Source: Rickettsiales bacterium
GTDB taxonomy: Bacteria > Pseudomonadota > Alphaproteobacteria > Rickettsiales > CANDYO01
Direction of reading: 5' to 3'
NCBI GenBank assembly: GCA_049653745.1
Contig: JBASGW010000079.1
Coordinates: 12,207-76,206, forward strand
Length of the DNA stretch: 64,000 nucleotides
The translations under genes and the position numbers were made by a program. Under the pieces are notes generated by a model. That model was not told where the DNA came from and did no database searches. It saw only the letters and a list, made by a program, of their open reading frames with translations. Positions 60,651 through 64,000 of this stretch are shown piece by piece. Within the stretch, counting starts at the first letter, position 1; every line of letters starts with the position of its first letter.

Positions 60651-62609
60651 ATGCTAATAACTTTGAACGCTTGCAATAAAAAAGAGATGGCTGAAACTCT
60701 AGCAGCAATAGAAAGTAATGATCCCAAATACTCTAATATTAAATTCACAAATTTAGATCAAGAGTCAGTACAAAACCTTGCTAACGCATTAAAGAAAAAT
60801 AAATATGTTGTTAAATTAGATCTTCAAGGTAATGATATTGATGATAATGGAGCTAAAGCCTTAGCTGAAGCCTTAATTGCACATCAATCCATTACTATTT
60901 TAGACCTTAAGAATAATAAAATCCGCGATATGGGGGCTAAAGCTATAGCTAGATTCGTGGAGTTAAATAATACTATTACTAATTTAGAGATTAGTAATAA
61001 TAATATTTCTGTTGATGGTACTCAGGCTTTAACACAAGCATCAAAAGTAAATAAACAACTAAATTTAGATATAAATGCTAACATTACGTTAATCTATCGT
61101 AACGAGGATGATGATTTTGTAATTAATAAAGACACAGAAGAACAATTAGACTTAGATAAGGTTATTGCTGCAATAGCTAATAATAGCCCAAATTATATTA
61201 ATGTTACGTTTGAAGAGATAGATGATGAAAGCGTTCAAAACCTTGCCCAAGCTCTAATTAACAATAAAATTCTTACTGTTCTAAGATTTAGCGAACCAGA
61301 AGGCAATGGCGATGGGAGGCCAGCAAATATTGGCGATGAAGGCGCTAAAGCAATAGCCGAAGCTTTAAAAGTAAACAGATCTATTAATACCTTAGATCTT
61401 AAAAGAAACAACATCACGGATAAAGCTGTTATCGATTTGCTCAAAGCTTTAGAAATAAACGGCTCTATCACTAGCTTAGATCTTCATAACAATAATATTA
61501 GTGATAGAGGAGCCAAAGCAATAGCTCAAGCTTTAAAAGTACATAAGTCTATTACTCACTTAAATCTTGGCAGTAATAAGATTAGTGACGAAGGAGCCAA
61601 AGCAATAGCTGAAACTTTAAAAGTGAATAAGTCTATTAATAGCTTAAACCTTAGTTATAATAATATTAGTGATACAGGATATAGTGCTATTGTTCAATCT
61701 CTAGAGCAAAATAAATATGTCCTTGACTTTGATGATACTTTTATTAAGGAGATTAGCAAAGATAACCGTAATTTAATAAGAAAACACTTAAATAGAAATA
61801 AAAAATTTTTAGAAACTGCATTAGAGATTGTTCTTTATGCAGATATTAAAAATTTAGAAAATCTAATAAGTAAAGAAGAAAAACAGGCCATTATAAATAT
61901 TTTAGGTAATAGAAGTTTAGAAGAAGAATTGCACAGCTTAAAAGACCTTAATTTACCAGTTATAAGCAAAAAATTTAAGTCCTATGTTTTAAACACAGCA
62001 CTTGATCATAGTAAGGCTTTTAATGGATTGTTTCCAGAATTAAGAGATTCAGTTAACGAAATTACTTATCCTAAAAATGGCGATTTAAAACTCAATCCAA
62101 TAAATGATCTTATTAATCTTATCCCTAAAACTGAACTCAATTCAGTAACGAGCTATTTTAGAGATTCCAAGATGAATACAACTCCAGAAGAGATAGATGG
62201 AATAGATAAAATGTTAAAGGCTTCAGGGAACTTAAAAAAATTACTAGATATTCCAAACAATATTATATTTCTAAAAGATGCACTAGAAAATGGACGTACA
62301 TTTGCTGATTTTACAGCTAACTTAAATAAGATCAATGCCGATGAAAAAGCGCTTGAATTTATTAGACAAGATCCAAAGAAATTAGGTTATCTAGTAAGTT
62401 CAAAGCCAGAAGAACTACAAAACAGAATTCTAATCTTATCAAATAATTTTATTAATAACTTAAGTACCAATCAAGGATCTATTACCGATAAAGGTGAAAA
62501 TATTGAAGCTGGAGAAAAGAGAAAAAGAACTGATAGTTTTGACTCAAATCAGAGTACAAAATTCCAAAATATGGGAATGAGGAAAGAATCCTCAAGAAGA
62601 ACACCTTGA
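60651..62609 (+). CDS. Leucine-rich-repeat protein, ribonuclease-inhibitor (RNI/NLR)-type 28-residue repeats, with uncharacterised C-terminal half
   Basis: Repeats of the form L.L..N.I.D.GAKAIAEALKVN.SI..L. in two blocks (aa ~45-135 and ~225-345). Each block is preceded by a similar cap (...SVQNLA.AL..NK). No signal peptide. Confidence 0.85.
   Translation: MLITLNACNKKEMAETLAAIESNDPKYSNIKFTNLDQESVQNLANALKKNKYVVKLDLQGNDIDDNGAKALAEALIAHQSITILDLKNNKIRDMGAKAIARFVELNNTITNLEISNNNISVDGTQALTQASKVNKQLNLDINANITLIYRNEDDDFVINKDTEEQLDLDKVIAAIANNSPNYINVTFEEIDDESVQNLAQALINNKILTVLRFSEPEGNGDGRPANIGDEGAKAIAEALKVNRSINTLDLKRNNITDKAVIDLLKALEINGSITSLDLHNNNISDRGAKAIAQALKVHKSITHLNLGSNKISDEGAKAIAETLKVNKSINSLNLSYNNISDTGYSAIVQSLEQNKYVLDFDDTFIKEISKDNRNLIRKHLNRNKKFLETALEIVLYADIKNLENLISKEEKQAIINILGNRSLEEELHSLKDLNLPVISKKFKSYVLNTALDHSKAFNGLFPELRDSVNEITYPKNGDLKLNPINDLINLIPKTELNSVTSYFRDSKMNTTPEEIDGIDKMLKASGNLKKLLDIPNNIIFLKDALENGRTFADFTANLNKINADEKALEFIRQDPKKLGYLVSSKPEELQNRILILSNNFINNLSTNQGSITDKGENIEAGEKRKRTDSFDSNQSTKFQNMGMRKESSRRTP
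61509..61676 (+). repeat. Tandem 84-bp (28-codon) LRR units, about 80% identical at DNA level
   Basis: GGAGCCAAAGCAATAGCT[C/G]AA[G/A]CTTTAAAAGT..TAAGTCTATTA... starts at 61509 and again at 61593. An older unit lies near 61333. Confidence 0.8.
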
Positions 62610-62619
62610 GAAATCAAAT

Positions 62620-63096
62620 CTATATCATTTTGCTATAAATGTAATTATTTGAAGGTTTATTTAGCCATTCTAAAATAAGATTATTCAATGGCTCTGCTCT
62701 TAGGTCAAACGTAGCTATTTTAAGAATAGGCATCCAAATTAGCTCTAGTTGTTTTTCAAGTTGAGGAATTTTATTTTGAAGCTTTAAAGTTTTTGATTCA
62801 ACTTCAAAAATAAAGTTATATTCATGATTATGGCATATACTGTTAGCGCCGAGTTCAAAGCTATATTCAAGACAACCTAAAAATCTTTTAATATTACATT
62901 TGCTGCCAGCTTATTCAACTAATTCACGTATAAGAGATCTTTCTAGAGATTCTCCATGCTCTACATGAGCTCCAGGTAAAAAATAAAATTTACCTCAAGA
63001 TCAAGAGTTTTACAAAGTAGAATATGTTCTTGATCAATTATTACTGCGAGACTTAAAACATGAATATTATTTTTACTACTCGTAGGTATTTTTCAT
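62620..63096 (-). pseudogene. NUDIX hydrolase pseudogene
   Basis: Minus-strand reading gives ...LPGAHVEHGESLERSLIRELVE*AGSKCNIKRFLG.... The NUDIX box has TAA replacing a conserved Glu codon. A frameshift at a T-run separates the N-terminal part (..IHVLSLAVIIDQEHILLCK..), and the 5' frame is not intact. Confidence 0.75.
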
Positions 63097-63131
63097 TATT
63101 TTATGGAGTTACTTATTTGTAATAGAAATTA

Positions 63132-63519
63132 TTAGATGGTTGTATAAGCCGGATTTTGTTCGAGATAAAATCCCTTAGTAATCATTTATCTGGGATTAAT
63201 GTCACCATTAACCTCAAGCGACCTACCCAAGCAATTCTCTATATAAATATAGATAAAGCAGGAATGCTTTAAAAATTTGCTTCTACTTGGTCTTGCTCCT
63301 AGTGGGGTTTACCATGCCAGGAATAGTCACCTATCCTGCGGTGCGCTCTTACCACACCATTTCACCCTTACCTTAATAAAAAGGCGGTATATTTTCTGCG
63401 GCACTTTCCCTAAAGCTAAAATAGCCCCGCTAGACGTTATCTAGCACTATTTTCCTGTGGAGTCCGGACTTTCCTCCCTTTAATTTTTACTTAAAGAGCG
63501 ATTACTCCAACCATCTAAA
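63132..63519 (-). ncRNA. rnpB: RNase P RNA (bacterial type A)
   Basis: The reverse complement contains GGGAGGAAAGTCCGGACTCCACAG, GGAAAGTGCCGCAGAAAATATACCGCC and the 3' ACAAAATCCGGCTTATA. P1 pairing AGATGGTTG/CAACCATCT defines the ends approximately. Confidence 0.88.
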
Positions 63520-63566
63520 GACAAAGTAAACTAAATAACAAGCTAGCGCAAATAAAAAAATAATAC

Positions 63567-63995
63567 TTAAAGGTTACTTGTCTTTTTATGAGATGTAATT
63601 TCTTCTGAAAGTTCTTCAGCTTTTAATTCCCCGAATTCTTTGTTTTCATCTTTTAAAATTTTAGCAACGTCATACCAAGCAAGCAAAATATGAGCCTTTT
63701 TTAAGGGTGAAAGTTTAGACTCTGATTGAGCAATCAATTCCTCAGTTTTAAGATAAGATTCTATTAAGAGATTACGATCCAAACTATTAATATTTTCAAT
63801 TGAAACATCAATATCCTGATTGCTATTATTTTTACAAATTAGATCACTGATACTAAAATTTATACAGCTGGCAAGTTTCTCTAAAACTAAACTGGTTAAA
63901 GATTGATTGAGCCCCTTTAAATAATTTCTAATAGTTGACTCAGATACCCCCGCCTTCTTAGCCCAAGGAAATGCCTTAAGCTTATGTTGCTGCAT
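63567..63995 (-). CDS. XRE-family helix-turn-helix protein (N-terminus possibly beyond window edge)
   Basis: AKKAGVSESTIRNYLKG...SLVLEKLASCINFSISDLI is HTH_3-like. The frame is still open at position 64000. Confidence 0.55.
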   Translation of the reverse strand: MQQHKLKAFPWAKKAGVSESTIRNYLKGLNQSLTSLVLEKLASCINFSISDLICKNNSNQDIDVSIENINSLDRNLLIESYLKTEELIAQSESKLSPLKKAHILLAWYDVAKILKDENKEFGELKAEELSEEITSHKKTSNL

Positions 63996-64000
63996 AAAGC

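Noticed and set aside
1-64000. Looked across the whole window for CRISPR arrays, IS/transposase or integrase genes, prophage genes, restriction-modification, toxin-antitoxin pairs and known defence-system hallmarks.
   Set aside because: No regularly spaced direct repeats. No ORF has DDE/tyrosine-recombinase-like, nuclease-methylase or small paired toxin/antitoxin features. Every large ORF is accounted for by housekeeping or repeat-protein calls.

Overview
This is an AT-rich window (about 30% G+C by eye) that is densely coded on both strands. It reads like the chromosome of an obligate intracellular alphaproteobacterium of Rickettsiales/Holosporales type. Lineage clues are the atpI-B-E-b'-b operon, a 41-aa L36 ending KARQG, an NDUFS4-like ETC subunit, a DUF3576 lipoprotein, leuS-lptE-holA, glyQS and ppdK. 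About 80% of the window is ordinary housekeeping: uvrA, ssb, tgt, murF-mraY, obg, priA, prfB (with its +1 frameshift), dcd, cyaY, lysC, alr, dnaB, the F0 ATP synthase genes, greA, leuS, holA, znuB, xseB, glmM, proS, ftsH, trxB, ahpC, rpmJ, glyQS and ppdK. It also holds one tRNA-Ala(UGC) and the RNase P RNA. Scattered single-gene accessory insertions look like host-interaction factors. They are two ankyrin-repeat proteins, an RNI-type LRR protein, a DXD glycosyltransferase fused to a DUF3431-like domain next to an orphan TpsB transporter, a degenerate tandem amidase_2/PGRP-like protein in a decayed spacer, and an Inc-like membrane protein of elevated G+C. I see no transposase, integrase, phage, CRISPR, toxin-antitoxin or recognisable defence module, and no convincing multi-gene novel system. 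The best candidates for something new are the glycosyltransferase/TpsB pair (46.0-49.6 kb) and the amidase-like locus (38.7-41.0 kb). All domain calls rest on motif recognition by eye. No database search or HMM was run.
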